A stretch of DNA of 64,000 nucleotides. Origin: Candidatus Hodarchaeota archaeon (GTDB lineage Archaea; Asgardarchaeota; Lokiarchaeia; Sigyniarchaeales; SOKP01). Location of the stretch: assembly GCA_048887225.1 (NCBI GenBank), contig JBHLJY010000001.1, forward strand, positions 160,001 through 224,000, written 5' to 3'. Positions within the stretch are counted from its first letter, which is position 1; the number at the start of each line of letters is the position of its first letter. A program made the position numbers and the translations under genes. Below, one piece after another: positions 26,656-37,050 of this stretch. Under the pieces are notes generated by a model. The model was not told the DNA's origin. It worked only from the letters and a program-made list of their open reading frames with translations, and did not search any database.

Positions 26656-27261
26656 TTGATGGACGAAAAGGAAGGTATTCAGATATCTTTTGATGATATA
26701 AACGAAGAAGATATACCGGATAAAATTCCAACGAAATTTATTAATTCAAGAGTTATAGTATTTAATCCACTTTATGCATCGTACTTATACGTGAAGAAGA
26801 AGTTTTTTGGCTCTCCTCTGGGAATTAATAAACCACGATTAGAATATTTCTCTAAACCATCAGAGCTATCTCTTATAGAAGCTTATTATTTACTTGAAAA
26901 AGATAAGATAACCATTTTCGATGTTAAAAAGAACAAATACTTAAGCTCTAATGAGTTTTTTAAAATAGGAAAACAAAGACACCATAAGTTTGAAGAAAAA
27001 TACGCGATTTACAAGGATTTAAGAGAAAAAAATTATGTTCCTAGACCAGGATTGAAGTTTGGAGCAGATTTTGTTGTATATAAGAAAGGTCCTGGATTAG
27101 AGCACTCTCCCTTTATAGTTCACGTATTACCTCACGATTCTAAGATAGGTGCTATCGATATGGTGAGGGCGGGTAGATTAGCTACTTCAGTAAGAAAGAA
27201 ATTTGTAATTGCTAATCCACTCACATTAAATTACTATTTTTTTACATGGTTCAAGCCTTAA
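26656..27261 (+). CDS. endA: tRNA-intron endonuclease (catalytic subunit)
   Basis: LSLIEAYYL, YKDLR, GLKFGADFVVYKKGPGLEHS, RLATSVRKK (Y-H-K triad). Confidence 0.93.
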   Translation: MMDEKEGIQISFDDINEEDIPDKIPTKFINSRVIVFNPLYASYLYVKKKFFGSPLGINKPRLEYFSKPSELSLIEAYYLLEKDKITIFDVKKNKYLSSNEFFKIGKQRHHKFEEKYAIYKDLREKNYVPRPGLKFGADFVVYKKGPGLEHSPFIVHVLPHDSKIGAIDMVRAGRLATSVRKKFVIANPLTLNYYFFTWFKP

Positions 27262-27310
27262 AGCCTTTTATTTAGTAGAAGTTAATATCTTTAAATTCTG
27301 AAGGTTATTA

Positions 27311-27946
27311 TTAAACATAGAGAAGAATTCTAATGATATCAGCTATATCGTGGATACGGTCAGCAAGCTCTTCCAAAATCATAATGCTATCACGAATTTG
27401 TAGGAGTTTTCTTATATCTAAATTTTGATCTGAATATAAATCTGATAAAAAGCCTCTAAATATTGAATCAATATCGTTTTCAATCTCGTGAATTGTTGTT
27501 GTGTTATTAAAAACTTCTTGACGATTGTCTCGTAGGTTTTTGATAGCGAGTTTTAGAACATCAGACATTTTTATTATGTTGTTTATTAGTTTATGGTAGT
27601 TTTTTTTAAAACTGTCGCTTAACTTAGAATCTTTTAAAAATGTTAAAATATCAACAAATTCGAGAGCAAAATTTATCACGTTATCCATTTTCAAAACTAA
27701 AGCAATGTAATCTCCCATTCCTTGTGCTCCTATTTCAGCAAACTCTTTAATAATACGAATTTTTATATCATCAGCATCTTCTTCAGATAATATCATTTTA
27801 CTCCTTTTTTTTTCAAGTGATTCTTTATTTGCTTCATAGCTTTCTGCCCAACTAGTATAATAAACGCCCATATCGCTAATAACATTGTAAATTATACGAC
27901 TATGCTCAAGAAGCATTGTAATTATTTGTTCTTTTATTTTATTCAT
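27311..27946 (-). CDS. DUF47/PhoU-like phosphate transport regulator
   Basis: SEEDADDIK..MDNVI and IENDIDSI..LEELADRIHDIAD duplicated helical repeats. Confidence 0.8.
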   Translation of the reverse strand: MNKIKEQIITMLLEHSRIIYNVISDMGVYYTSWAESYEANKESLEKKRSKMILSEEDADDIKIRIIKEFAEIGAQGMGDYIALVLKMDNVINFALEFVDILTFLKDSKLSDSFKKNYHKLINNIIKMSDVLKLAIKNLRDNRQEVFNNTTTIHEIENDIDSIFRGFLSDLYSDQNLDIRKLLQIRDSIMILEELADRIHDIADIIRILLYV

Positions 27947-28086
27947 TGGTAATCATTATGTATTTTTTAATTCTGTCTATAATAATATATACCTAAAAAA
28001 ATAAAAATAATATTTTTTAATCACATATTTTAATTAGGATAGTTTTTCATTAAATATTTCCATACTTTAAAGACGGTTAAAAAATA

Positions 28087-28788
28087 TTGGGTAAACTTAA
28101 AACTTATAACGAAATAACCGGCTATGCAAAAATTATAAGAAGGTATTTTGTGAATAACTTTTATGATGGAATGTTAACGATCCTAGGTATCCTTCTGGGC
28201 TTTTTTGTGATATTGCTTAACGATCCCGGTAATCCGATCCAATCTAATTACGTTATATTAACGGGATTGGGAACTTCAATTTCTATGTTAATATCTGGCA
28301 TCTCTGGATCGTATCTTTCAGAAAGGGCAGAACAAAAAAAAGATCAGAAAGAGTTAGAGCAGGCTATGGGAATTCAACTTGAAGTAGAAAAATTAATTGA
28401 TGATTTAGATGAAAATGAGATTAACAAAGCTATGGTTATACCGCCTAATAATGTAAAAAAAAAATTTTTTATAAAAAGGAAAATAAGAAGAGAGAAGCCT
28501 AAAACTATTCATGAAAAAGCTGAACGTTTTACGGGATTTATAGTTTCTTTAGTTAATGGGATAAGTCCATTTCTAGGAGGATTAGTCGCTATAATACCTT
28601 TTTTTTTTGTAGCAGAGGCAGGAATTGCGAGTTTTATTACTTCTTTTGTAATAATTTTTATTTGTATTATTTTCTTAGGAACATTTCTAGGTATGATCTC
28701 GAAAGAATCTATACCTAAAAACATATTACAAATGCTAGTGGCATTCACTCTAACAATTATTATTACTATTTTGTTTTTGGGAGGTTGA
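28087..28788 (+). CDS. VIT1/CCC1 family membrane protein
   Basis: RRYFVNNFYDGMLT, ISGISGSYLSERAE, GISPFLGG..IPF. Confidence 0.85.
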   Translation: MGKLKTYNEITGYAKIIRRYFVNNFYDGMLTILGILLGFFVILLNDPGNPIQSNYVILTGLGTSISMLISGISGSYLSERAEQKKDQKELEQAMGIQLEVEKLIDDLDENEINKAMVIPPNNVKKKFFIKRKIRREKPKTIHEKAERFTGFIVSLVNGISPFLGGLVAIIPFFFVAEAGIASFITSFVIIFICIIFLGTFLGMISKESIPKNILQMLVAFTLTIIITILFLGG

Positions 28789-28930
28789 TTTTATTTTTTT
28801 AAATAATATATTTCATATTCTATTGAGATTGAGAAGTTTTAATAAAAATATTTTACTTCACTAAAAAATTATTGAATTTAGAATTCGGCCTAAATAAATA
28901 GAATTTGTTGATACAATTAGGAAGTTAAAA

Positions 28931-29707
28931 TTGAAAACTATAGGAGTAGATATCGGATCTTTAGTAACTAAGATTGTTCTTTTAGACAATAGTAATATGA
29001 TTGACTTTCGGATTGACCGTTCTACATTCGATTTTAAAAGAATTGGTCATAATTTATTTGATGACATTTTAAATAAAAATAACTTAAAAAGATCTGATGT
29101 TTATGTAATGTCAACAGGGTATGGACGAAATACTATAGATATCGCTGATGACAGAATTACAGAAATTACAGCTCATGCGAAAGGTGCTCAGTATTTTTTT
29201 CCTGAAGTACATTCTGTCATAGATATAGGAGGTCAAGATAGTAAGGCAATTTTAATTTCTAAAAAAACGGGAAATGTCGTCGATTTTCAAATGAACGACA
29301 AGTGCGCAGCAGGAACTGGCAGATTTTTAGAAGTAATGGCCCATGCTCTTGAAGTGCCAATAGAAGAAATAGGAGAACTAGCTTTAAATTCGAAAAAACC
29401 AGCTGCAATAAGTTCTACGTGTACTGTCTTCGCTGAGAGCGAAGTGATTTCACTTTTCGCCAGAGGCGCTTCCAAAACGGATATTGCTGCAGGAATTCAC
29501 AAATCTATAGCAAGAAGAGTAGCAGGAATGGCTAAACGTATCGGAGTTGCACCAACATTAATTTTTTGTGGTGGAGTGGCTAAAAATGTAGCAGTTAAAA
29601 AATACCTAGAAATAGAGCTTGGCTTCGAAATTATTGCACCTAAATATCCTCAACTTACAGGAGCGATCGGAGCTGCTTTAATTGGACAAGAAAATCAGAA
29701 AAAATAA
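28931..29707 (+). CDS. 2-hydroxyacyl-CoA dehydratase activase (HgdC/BadF/BadG ASKHA ATPase with [4Fe-4S])
   Basis: GVDIGS, STGYGR, EITAHAKG, DIGGQDSK, MNDKCAAGTGRFLE, STCTVFAESE, GGVAKN. Confidence 0.95.
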   Translation: MKTIGVDIGSLVTKIVLLDNSNMIDFRIDRSTFDFKRIGHNLFDDILNKNNLKRSDVYVMSTGYGRNTIDIADDRITEITAHAKGAQYFFPEVHSVIDIGGQDSKAILISKKTGNVVDFQMNDKCAAGTGRFLEVMAHALEVPIEEIGELALNSKKPAAISSTCTVFAESEVISLFARGASKTDIAAGIHKSIARRVAGMAKRIGVAPTLIFCGGVAKNVAVKKYLEIELGFEIIAPKYPQLTGAIGAALIGQENQKK

Positions 29708-29759
29708 TCTTTTTTCTGCTAAATTTTGATTTAATAGATTCTTTACTTAATTATGTACT

Positions 29760-30488
29760 TTAAGTTGGGGGCCTCATACTCCAATATGCTAGGAATGCAC
29801 CGACGATCATCAAGAATCTGACAATAAAAAGGAAATGCTCGTGTGGTCTGATAACAGAACCTAATATCACAGTATCAAGTAAAATACAAGGGCCTACTAT
29901 AAACGCGGCTAGGATGATAAACCCCGCCCTTTTTTTCAAGTCGCCAGCGGTCATTTTTCTGAACCTGTTGAATCCGATTGCAGTAATTACGGCTACAAAC
30001 GAAACCTCCACCCATAATAAATAATAAAAAATTGTTTTCTGATTAATCCAGTCGTCGTATATCTCGCCTTTGGGAACATCGGGGCAGACAACTACTTGCT
30101 GGAAAGTAGTGTATAAAAATATATAGTAAACAATAGAAAGGACCAGAAATCCGCTAATTATGATTTTTTTAGATTTCGGAGAACCAAACACATCCCAAGT
30201 AAAAAGAATTATTGATATTGCTCCAAATGGAATTGTAGAATATGAAAAATAACTTATTACTCCTTTGACCCATGGCAAATTACGACCATATATCGCAACA
30301 GAGAGAAATGTTATGGTAATTCCAGTCCATCCTAGTGCGATTGCAGCTAAAAAGGTAAAAAGATTAATATGCCGCTTATGTCTTGTTTTAAAATAGAATT
30401 TTAATGATAGAAGTGCCATAATCCAAGCAGAACAAATTAACAAAAACGCACTAAGCCCATTTAACCAAGTTAATATTTGATTTGTCAT
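29760..30488 (-). CDS. 7-TM membrane protein (stand-alone HisKA_7TM-like sensor?)
   Basis: Seven hydrophobic segments, extended loop between TM4 and TM5, no cytoplasmic catalytic domain. Confidence 0.7.
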   Translation of the reverse strand: MTNQILTWLNGLSAFLLICSAWIMALLSLKFYFKTRHKRHINLFTFLAAIALGWTGITITFLSVAIYGRNLPWVKGVISYFSYSTIPFGAISIILFTWDVFGSPKSKKIIISGFLVLSIVYYIFLYTTFQQVVVCPDVPKGEIYDDWINQKTIFYYLLWVEVSFVAVITAIGFNRFRKMTAGDLKKRAGFIILAAFIVGPCILLDTVILGSVIRPHEHFLFIVRFLMIVGAFLAYWSMRPPT

Positions 30489-30585
30489 TTTAATAAAAGT
30501 ATAATTTATTTTGATTAATAATTTAAACTTATATATTTAAAAAGATTTCTATTTTTAGTTTATTACTATGGACAGCCTATATCTT

Positions 30586-31443
30586 TTATTTTAAAAACCA
30601 ATTCCATCTAATGTAATTATCAAAATCAAAGATCTTTGAGAAGTCAACTTCAGAATAATATTGAACTATCTTGATTAAAAATCTCAAATATAAATCGCTA
30701 ATTTTTTGATTATATTTCTCAGTTAAAAAATTACTCATTAATTTTGGAGTTAATTCTGAAGTCTTATCATAATTTTTTAAGTATAATTCAACGTCTTTTG
30801 ATAATTTATACGCTTTTGAAATTTCGTTTTTTAATATAATTAAGCTTGTCTGTGGATCTTGTTCGGCTAAAAATTTTTGAACAATAATCCGTTCTATTTT
30901 AGTCCATTTTGATAAAATCTTTTCTTTATCTTTAATTATTTTATCTTTACCAATTACTATATAGCCCTTGTATTTTTTTTTATCTTTTTTATAATTTTTT
31001 TCTTGTTTTATCGAAATATCGATATCAAAAGTATCTTGAAAGATAAATTTAAAGAAATTCATAATATGAGGATTTAATAAACTTAAATCATTTAATACAA
31101 GTATTTTTTTTCTGAAAAAGCAAGCTCGTAGAATATAAGTCAGCAAGAGAGCGTTTAGATTTAACGTGAGTAAATACACATCAATGGTATCTTTATCAGG
31201 AATTTTATCTTCTGTTATTTGTTCTATTTCAATCTGAGGAAGTTCAATCGTAAAATCCGTTATAAAACAATCTCTCACATTAAAATTTTTATCAATATAA
31301 GCAATAAAGGAATGTTTACAGATAAGGTCTTCAGCAACATTAATTGCAGAGACACCTCGTTTGCTTTGAATTATAAGATTCTCTTCTACTTCCAATTTAC
31401 CTTTTTTTGTACATTCAGGGCAATGAATTTCGACTTTTACCAT
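30586..31443 (-). CDS. Hypothetical protein with N-terminal Zn-binding domain (CPEC..CKH)
   Basis: IHCPECTKKG and ICKHSFIAYIDKNF; 285-aa ORF. Confidence 0.75.
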   Translation of the reverse strand: MVKVEIHCPECTKKGKLEVEENLIIQSKRGVSAINVAEDLICKHSFIAYIDKNFNVRDCFITDFTIELPQIEIEQITEDKIPDKDTIDVYLLTLNLNALLLTYILRACFFRKKILVLNDLSLLNPHIMNFFKFIFQDTFDIDISIKQEKNYKKDKKKYKGYIVIGKDKIIKDKEKILSKWTKIERIIVQKFLAEQDPQTSLIILKNEISKAYKLSKDVELYLKNYDKTSELTPKLMSNFLTEKYNQKISDLYLRFLIKIVQYYSEVDFSKIFDFDNYIRWNWFLK

Positions 31444-31708
31444 GGACTTTTCGAGATTTTATTTTATATTAAATATGATTCGTAATATATTTAGATTCAA
31501 TTTTTAAAATCTAAGTATATTAAAAAAGTCTGCATTTATATAATGAATACACATTTTAATTTAAAAAAATCTAGATACGTAAAAAGAATAAGAGAGTATG
31601 ACTTTCTTATTGAATTAAAAATTGTACAATTTATTAAAATGAATAAATACTCTTTTTCTAATACTATTTAACATATTATTTCAAAGCTCATAAATTTTAA
31701 TAAAAATA

Positions 31709-32863
31709 ATGTACTTAAATCAGAGAATGACGAATTTAGAATTATTATCGAAATATTATACTTATTTAAAGGCTAAAAAAGCAGAAGGAAATAAAATTAT
31801 TGCTTACATGGCCCACGATAATATCCCAGAGGAATTAATTGATGCTGCTGGTTTTGTCCCTCTGAAGATGATATTTGCGGGAAATGACGAATTAATGAAT
31901 TCAAGCCATGATTATTTACCTCCATCAACTTGTAGTTTTGCACAGAGTTCTATAGGTTTATTTACTCAAAAGCCAGCGGGCTTTAATTTTTTGGAATTAA
32001 TCGATTACTTCATCGTTTCAAATCATTGTGTTTCAGATATTTGTGCTTCGGAAATTATTTCGAAATATTTTTCAATCCCTCGATTGAATTTTTTTATTCC
32101 ATATATTTTAAATGAAAACGCGCTAAAATATTACAGATTGGAATTGTTAGATTTAAAGCGTCAACTCGAAAATATTAAAGGTACCGAAATAAAAGAAGAA
32201 GATTTAAACGAGAGCATTAAAAAATTCAACAATTTTAAGAAAAAACTCTTAGAGGTTTCCAAATTCGAGATGAAAGGAAAAAATAAATTATATGTATTCC
32301 AAGAGGCCATGTTATACGGTCCAGATTTTCTTATCGAATTAAATAACATTATTCAAAAGTATAAAAGTTTGCCACCTCAAACATCTAACAATTTAAAAGA
32401 TATCATATTTACTGGGTGTTCTATTTTTATTAACGATTATTTAATTGATTTAATAGAAGAAAGTGGAGGAAATATAGTTTATTTTGACACTTGGATTGGA
32501 GATAATTATTATTCACAAATTTTTGACGATGTGATACTAAATTCAAAAAAAAATCCATTAGATCTTTTTGTTTATAGATTTCAAGATAATAAAAGTGGGG
32601 ATCATATAGTCCCAAATTATCTTGAAAATAAAATTGCTAAAATAGAGACTATTTTCAAAAAATATAAGCAAAAAATAGGTAGAAAATTAGGTGTAATAAA
32701 CCATATTATAAAATTTTGTGATCACATTTCAATTAATTCTGCATTTTTAAAAGAAAAATTACAGAAAAAGAAAATTCCAATCTTAAACTTAGAGCGCGAT
32801 TATTCCCGTGCTAATCGTGGCCAACTTTCAACCAGAATTGAAGCATTTCTCGAGATGATATAA
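31709..32863 (+). CDS. 2-hydroxyacyl-CoA dehydratase subunit (HgdA/B, FldB/C, BcrB/C family)
   Basis: IPEELIDAAG, STCSF, NHCVSD, KFCDH, GQLSTRIEAFLEMI. Confidence 0.9.
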   Translation: MYLNQRMTNLELLSKYYTYLKAKKAEGNKIIAYMAHDNIPEELIDAAGFVPLKMIFAGNDELMNSSHDYLPPSTCSFAQSSIGLFTQKPAGFNFLELIDYFIVSNHCVSDICASEIISKYFSIPRLNFFIPYILNENALKYYRLELLDLKRQLENIKGTEIKEEDLNESIKKFNNFKKKLLEVSKFEMKGKNKLYVFQEAMLYGPDFLIELNNIIQKYKSLPPQTSNNLKDIIFTGCSIFINDYLIDLIEESGGNIVYFDTWIGDNYYSQIFDDVILNSKKNPLDLFVYRFQDNKSGDHIVPNYLENKIAKIETIFKKYKQKIGRKLGVINHIIKFCDHISINSAFLKEKLQKKKIPILNLERDYSRANRGQLSTRIEAFLEMI

Positions 32864-32866
32864 AAA

Positions 32867-34219
32867 ATGAGTGTTATTGCTGATGATGTTATTACATTTA
32901 CTTCTATGTTAAAAATGGCTTACAACTTATTGACGGGTAACTCTTATCTAAAAAGAAAGAAGTTCAGAGAGAAAAAAAAATTAATATCTGTAGCTTTACC
33001 ATTTTCGGATTTAGCGTTTGCGTGTGGAGCAATTCCAGTTTTCCCTATAAGAATGGAGATCTTTGAAATCAATAAATATTTGGTCGCATTAGGATCTGCA
33101 GGTAATATATTTGGATGGAAGAGTGTTACAAATCTCTTAGGCTTCATAAAAAAACTTGATCTTAAAAGTATCAATACTGCAGTTGATAATATTATTGACG
33201 AAGTTATTGATACGATAAATAAAAAATATAATCAGATGTATGATTTAGGTATAGAAAGCGGAATTCCTACTGATTTTTGTTATGGAATTAAAAGCCTATA
33301 TGGAATGCATATATCTAAAGGTAGAAATGTAGACGCAAATTTGAATTTTACAATCCGATGTAGCGCTTGGAATAAATATTTAGAAACATTAAAGACAATA
33401 AATTATCCTGCTAAATTGATATGGGTGGAGGTGCCACCAAGAAATATCGGAAATGCTCTTGATATTTTAACAGATAACTTATCTAATGCGATAAAGGAAA
33501 TTGAAGAGATCACGCAGATAAATTGCACCGATAATAAGCTCAGAGATCATTTTCGAATAAGAAACCGAATTTGTGAAAATTATAAAACTATACTTCACGA
33601 AATTTCGGCATCTGGATTTTATCCATGTAATCCTGCAACTTTTGCCGAGATCTTGGCTTTGCTTTCTAATAGTTTCCAAGACTACAATTCTAACGAGAAG
33701 AGATACGTTGAAAACATATCATCATTAGTAAAAGAAATGAGGGAACGGATAAGAAAAGGAATTGGAATGGATTGCTCTAATATGCCAAGAATATTAATAA
33801 CACCAATGTTTGGTGGATGGGAACCTAAGAGCCACGAAATTATATATGAATTAGGTGGAAGAAGTTTATATGCTGATTGGGATATGCTGGGCTTCCTTGA
33901 AGAGATACCAATTTCAAATAATTCTAATCCCCTGGAAGAATATGCTCATTTTATCATGAATGCTAGTTCTAATTATATGGGTTGCGATAACGATACATTA
34001 ACCAATTCTTATTTAGGTATAGCTAAAAAGCTAAATGTTGATGGTCTTGTTTTTAATCAATTATTTGGATGCCATAGTGTTTCTAATTGCTATGTACTTC
34101 TTAGAGATAAATTAAGAAGAGAGGAAATATCCTCGACTGCATTGACATTTAATAAAATTGGTGAAAATGTAGAGCAAGTTAAGACACGCTTGGGAGCTTT
34201 TATGGAAATGCTTAAGTAA
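32867..34219 (+). CDS. 2-hydroxyacyl-CoA dehydratase second subunit
   Basis: DFCYG, IRCSAW, VDGLVF..FGCHS, EQVKTRLGAFMEML; 3-nt gap to the previous gene. Confidence 0.85.
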   Translation: MSVIADDVITFTSMLKMAYNLLTGNSYLKRKKFREKKKLISVALPFSDLAFACGAIPVFPIRMEIFEINKYLVALGSAGNIFGWKSVTNLLGFIKKLDLKSINTAVDNIIDEVIDTINKKYNQMYDLGIESGIPTDFCYGIKSLYGMHISKGRNVDANLNFTIRCSAWNKYLETLKTINYPAKLIWVEVPPRNIGNALDILTDNLSNAIKEIEEITQINCTDNKLRDHFRIRNRICENYKTILHEISASGFYPCNPATFAEILALLSNSFQDYNSNEKRYVENISSLVKEMRERIRKGIGMDCSNMPRILITPMFGGWEPKSHEIIYELGGRSLYADWDMLGFLEEIPISNNSNPLEEYAHFIMNASSNYMGCDNDTLTNSYLGIAKKLNVDGLVFNQLFGCHSVSNCYVLLRDKLRREEISSTALTFNKIGENVEQVKTRLGAFMEMLK

Positions 34220-34289
34220 AATAAATTAATCAAATTTATAATTTAGTTAACTCCAATCTTGAATTTATTTAATACACTATAAAATAAAA

Positions 34290-34880
34290 TTAGCTCCCGA
34301 AAAAATCGGAAGGTTTTAGCAAATGTGGCTCTTCTTCTTCTTTTTTTTTCTTCTCATGTGGATCGACCCATTCACTGGTCTCTTCTGAAGTAGGAGTGGG
34401 AGCTGTCCCACTAGGAGGCTTTAAACCACCAGGAGGCGATAAACTTGGAGGTGTTAATCCGGTACCAGCGGTGATAGGTTCTGGTTTTGATTGCTTTTCA
34501 CTTACAGTAGGTTGAACCGTATATGTTCCTGATTGTAATATTTGAAATTCGCTTAAAACTTTCTCAAGATTCATAGATTGAACACTCTTATTCATTGTAT
34601 TCATAATTTCTTTTAATGATTGCGACGTTTCTTTTAATCCTTTCGGATTGATTCCTGTGAGCAAAGAATCTAGACTTGTATTAATATCTTCGTTCAAATC
34701 TTTCAAAGAGTCCAATACGGCCTGCCAATGTTTATTCATTTGATTTTCAATTGCTCTTATCATTTTTATTGTTTCGTTCATAAAATTGACGTGAGCTTCG
34801 TATCTTTCTTCGTCTTTTGCTCGGAGATCGGAAATTAACATAATAAGTTTTCTCAATTCTTCCTTTTCTGCTTCTGACAT
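34290..34880 (-). CDS. Helical/coiled-coil protein with Pro-rich disordered tail (possible remote ESCRT-III-like)
   Basis: About 115 helical residues, then PPSLSPPGGLKPPSG and C-terminal HLLKPSDFF. Confidence 0.7.
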   Translation of the reverse strand: MSEAEKEELRKLIMLISDLRAKDEERYEAHVNFMNETIKMIRAIENQMNKHWQAVLDSLKDLNEDINTSLDSLLTGINPKGLKETSQSLKEIMNTMNKSVQSMNLEKVLSEFQILQSGTYTVQPTVSEKQSKPEPITAGTGLTPPSLSPPGGLKPPSGTAPTPTSEETSEWVDPHEKKKKEEEEPHLLKPSDFFGS

Positions 34881-34995
34881 TTCTAAAATATATTCCGTTT
34901 AATTTTTCTTTACTAATATTATGATTATTAAAACTAATATATATATGTATTAGCAAAAAACAAATTTTATTTTTTTTAGCACTTTTTTCTAAATC

Positions 34996-35436
34996 ATGGT
35001 AAAAATAGGTCGAAATATTGAAGAATTTGAAGTAGGTATGACGGCTGAATTCAATCATACTTTTACGCAAAAAGAAACAGAAATCATGGCGGATTTAATT
35101 GGGGATCATAATCCTTTCCATTACGATGGCGAATTCATAAGAAATACGAGGTTTAAACGACCTATTGTTCATGGATTACTTGTTGGCGGAATGATAAGTC
35201 ATTTTGGTGGCGATTTATTTCCAGGACCTTGCTGTCTTGCTGAAACAATCGAGTTTAAATTCCTAAAGCCTGTTTATTTTGGAGATACCATTAGGTCTGT
35301 TGCAACCATTACGGAAGTAGATCGTAAGCAAAAGCGTCTTGCCTTTTCAATGGCGTGCTATAACGAGAAAGGCCAAAAAGTTGTGGAAGGAAGAGCAACT
35401 TGTATTCCATATCAAGTTGAAATTAAAAGGGATTGA
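34996..35436 (+). CDS. MaoC-like (R)-enoyl-CoA hydratase
   Basis: GDHNPFH, IVHGLL, FLKPVYFGD hot-dog motifs. Confidence 0.92.
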   Translation: MVKIGRNIEEFEVGMTAEFNHTFTQKETEIMADLIGDHNPFHYDGEFIRNTRFKRPIVHGLLVGGMISHFGGDLFPGPCCLAETIEFKFLKPVYFGDTIRSVATITEVDRKQKRLAFSMACYNEKGQKVVEGRATCIPYQVEIKRD

Positions 35437-35506
35437 ATAATTCGCATTAAATTATTTCATAAATAAAGGGAACTTATTTATTAGAAAAATCATAGCGAAA
35501 TATAAT

Positions 35507-36997
35507 ATGTCAATTAAAAAAATCGAATGGCCAAAAAATCCAAAAATTTTTCAAATTAATACATGGTCTTGGCTTTATGGTTTATCAGAGACTTATAATT
35601 GCCCTATTACGCTAAAAAATGTCCCTGAAGAAGTTTTAGATAAGGAAATAAGCTTATTTGATGTCGTTTGGCTTATGGGAGTATGGGAACGGAGTCCAAA
35701 AGGGAGAGAAATTGCAATTCAGCACCCTGATTTACAAAAAGAATATCGTAGAGCGTTAAGGTATTTTAGTACGGATGATGTTGTTGGTTCACCATATTCC
35801 GTCCATTATTATCACGTTGATTACCATCTTGGGGGTCAAGAAGGATTAGCTTTTTTTCGCAAACAATTAGCTGATCGGGGATTACTATTGTTATTAGATT
35901 ATGTACCAAATCATGTTGCTATCGACCACGTGTGGACTTTGGAGAAATCGGATGTATTTATTGAAGGAACTTTTGAAGAACAAATCTCCAATCCTTATGA
36001 TTTTTTCTCGCTAGGAGGTAAAGTATACGCTCATGGTCGCGATCCGTATTTTGCTCCATGGAGCGATACGGTGCAGATAAACGCATTTTCACAGGATGCA
36101 CGTCAGAAAGCTATAAATACTTTATTAAATATAGCTCTCCAATGCGATGGCGTCCGTTGTGATATGGCAATGTTATTAATTAATGAAGTCTTTAAACGCA
36201 CGTGGGGTGAAAGGGTGGGAAAGCCCCCTGAGAAAGAGTTTTGGCAAGAAATAATTCCAGCAGTAAAGGAAAAATTTCCTAATTTTAAATTTATAGCAGA
36301 AGTTTACTGGGATCTAGAATGGAAACTTCTGCAGCAAGGATTTGATTATTGTTATGATAAAAGATTATATGAACGTTTGGTTCACGATAATGCAGATTCA
36401 ATTCGAGAACAGCTTCGGGCAGATTTGGATTATCAAAGCAGATTGGTACGTTTTATTGAAAATCACGATGAAAAAAGAGCAATTAAAGTTTTTGGTGAAA
36501 AGAGATCAAGGGCAGCGGCTATCATCTCATTGACATTACCAGGAGCGCGATTGATACATGAAGGACAAATGCGGGGTCATTCGATAAAATTACCCATCCA
36601 ATTAAGAAGGAGACCGATGGAAGTAGATATTACAGAACTTATGGATTTCTATCAGAACTTATTAAAAATTATATCTGGAAAAGAAAAGGGGAAAGGACAA
36701 TGGGAATTATGCAAAATTGAACCTGTAGCTAATGATAATTCATATAAAAACCTAATTGCTTATACATGGTCTTTTATTAATAAAAATATTCTTATAGTAG
36801 TCAATTTTTCAACATATCCGACACGAGGTCATGTAAGAATTAAAGATGTACATTATGGTTTTAATGAATGGACTTTTAGAGATTTATTAACAGAGGAAGA
36901 ATATATTTATAAAGGGGAGGATCTCGATACTTACGGTCTCTATGTCGATTTAGATGCGTGGAAAGGTCATATCTTCGATATTAAAAAAATTGAATAA
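35507..36997 (+). CDS. GH13 alpha-amylase family glycosidase
   Basis: LDYVPNH, DGVRCDMAM, FIAEVYW, RFIENHDE. Confidence 0.93.
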   Translation: MSIKKIEWPKNPKIFQINTWSWLYGLSETYNCPITLKNVPEEVLDKEISLFDVVWLMGVWERSPKGREIAIQHPDLQKEYRRALRYFSTDDVVGSPYSVHYYHVDYHLGGQEGLAFFRKQLADRGLLLLLDYVPNHVAIDHVWTLEKSDVFIEGTFEEQISNPYDFFSLGGKVYAHGRDPYFAPWSDTVQINAFSQDARQKAINTLLNIALQCDGVRCDMAMLLINEVFKRTWGERVGKPPEKEFWQEIIPAVKEKFPNFKFIAEVYWDLEWKLLQQGFDYCYDKRLYERLVHDNADSIREQLRADLDYQSRLVRFIENHDEKRAIKVFGEKRSRAAAIISLTLPGARLIHEGQMRGHSIKLPIQLRRRPMEVDITELMDFYQNLLKIISGKEKGKGQWELCKIEPVANDNSYKNLIAYTWSFINKNILIVVNFSTYPTRGHVRIKDVHYGFNEWTFRDLLTEEEYIYKGEDLDTYGLYVDLDAWKGHIFDIKKIE

Positions 36998-37050
36998 TTA
37001 TCACTAGAATTCTAAAGAAGTTTTAATATTATTATCAATTATAATCGTTT

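Noticed and set aside
29760-30488. Rhodopsin (schizo-/heliorhodopsin)
   Set aside because: No retinal-binding Lys in TM7; the same holds for the 7-TM protein at 20711-21382
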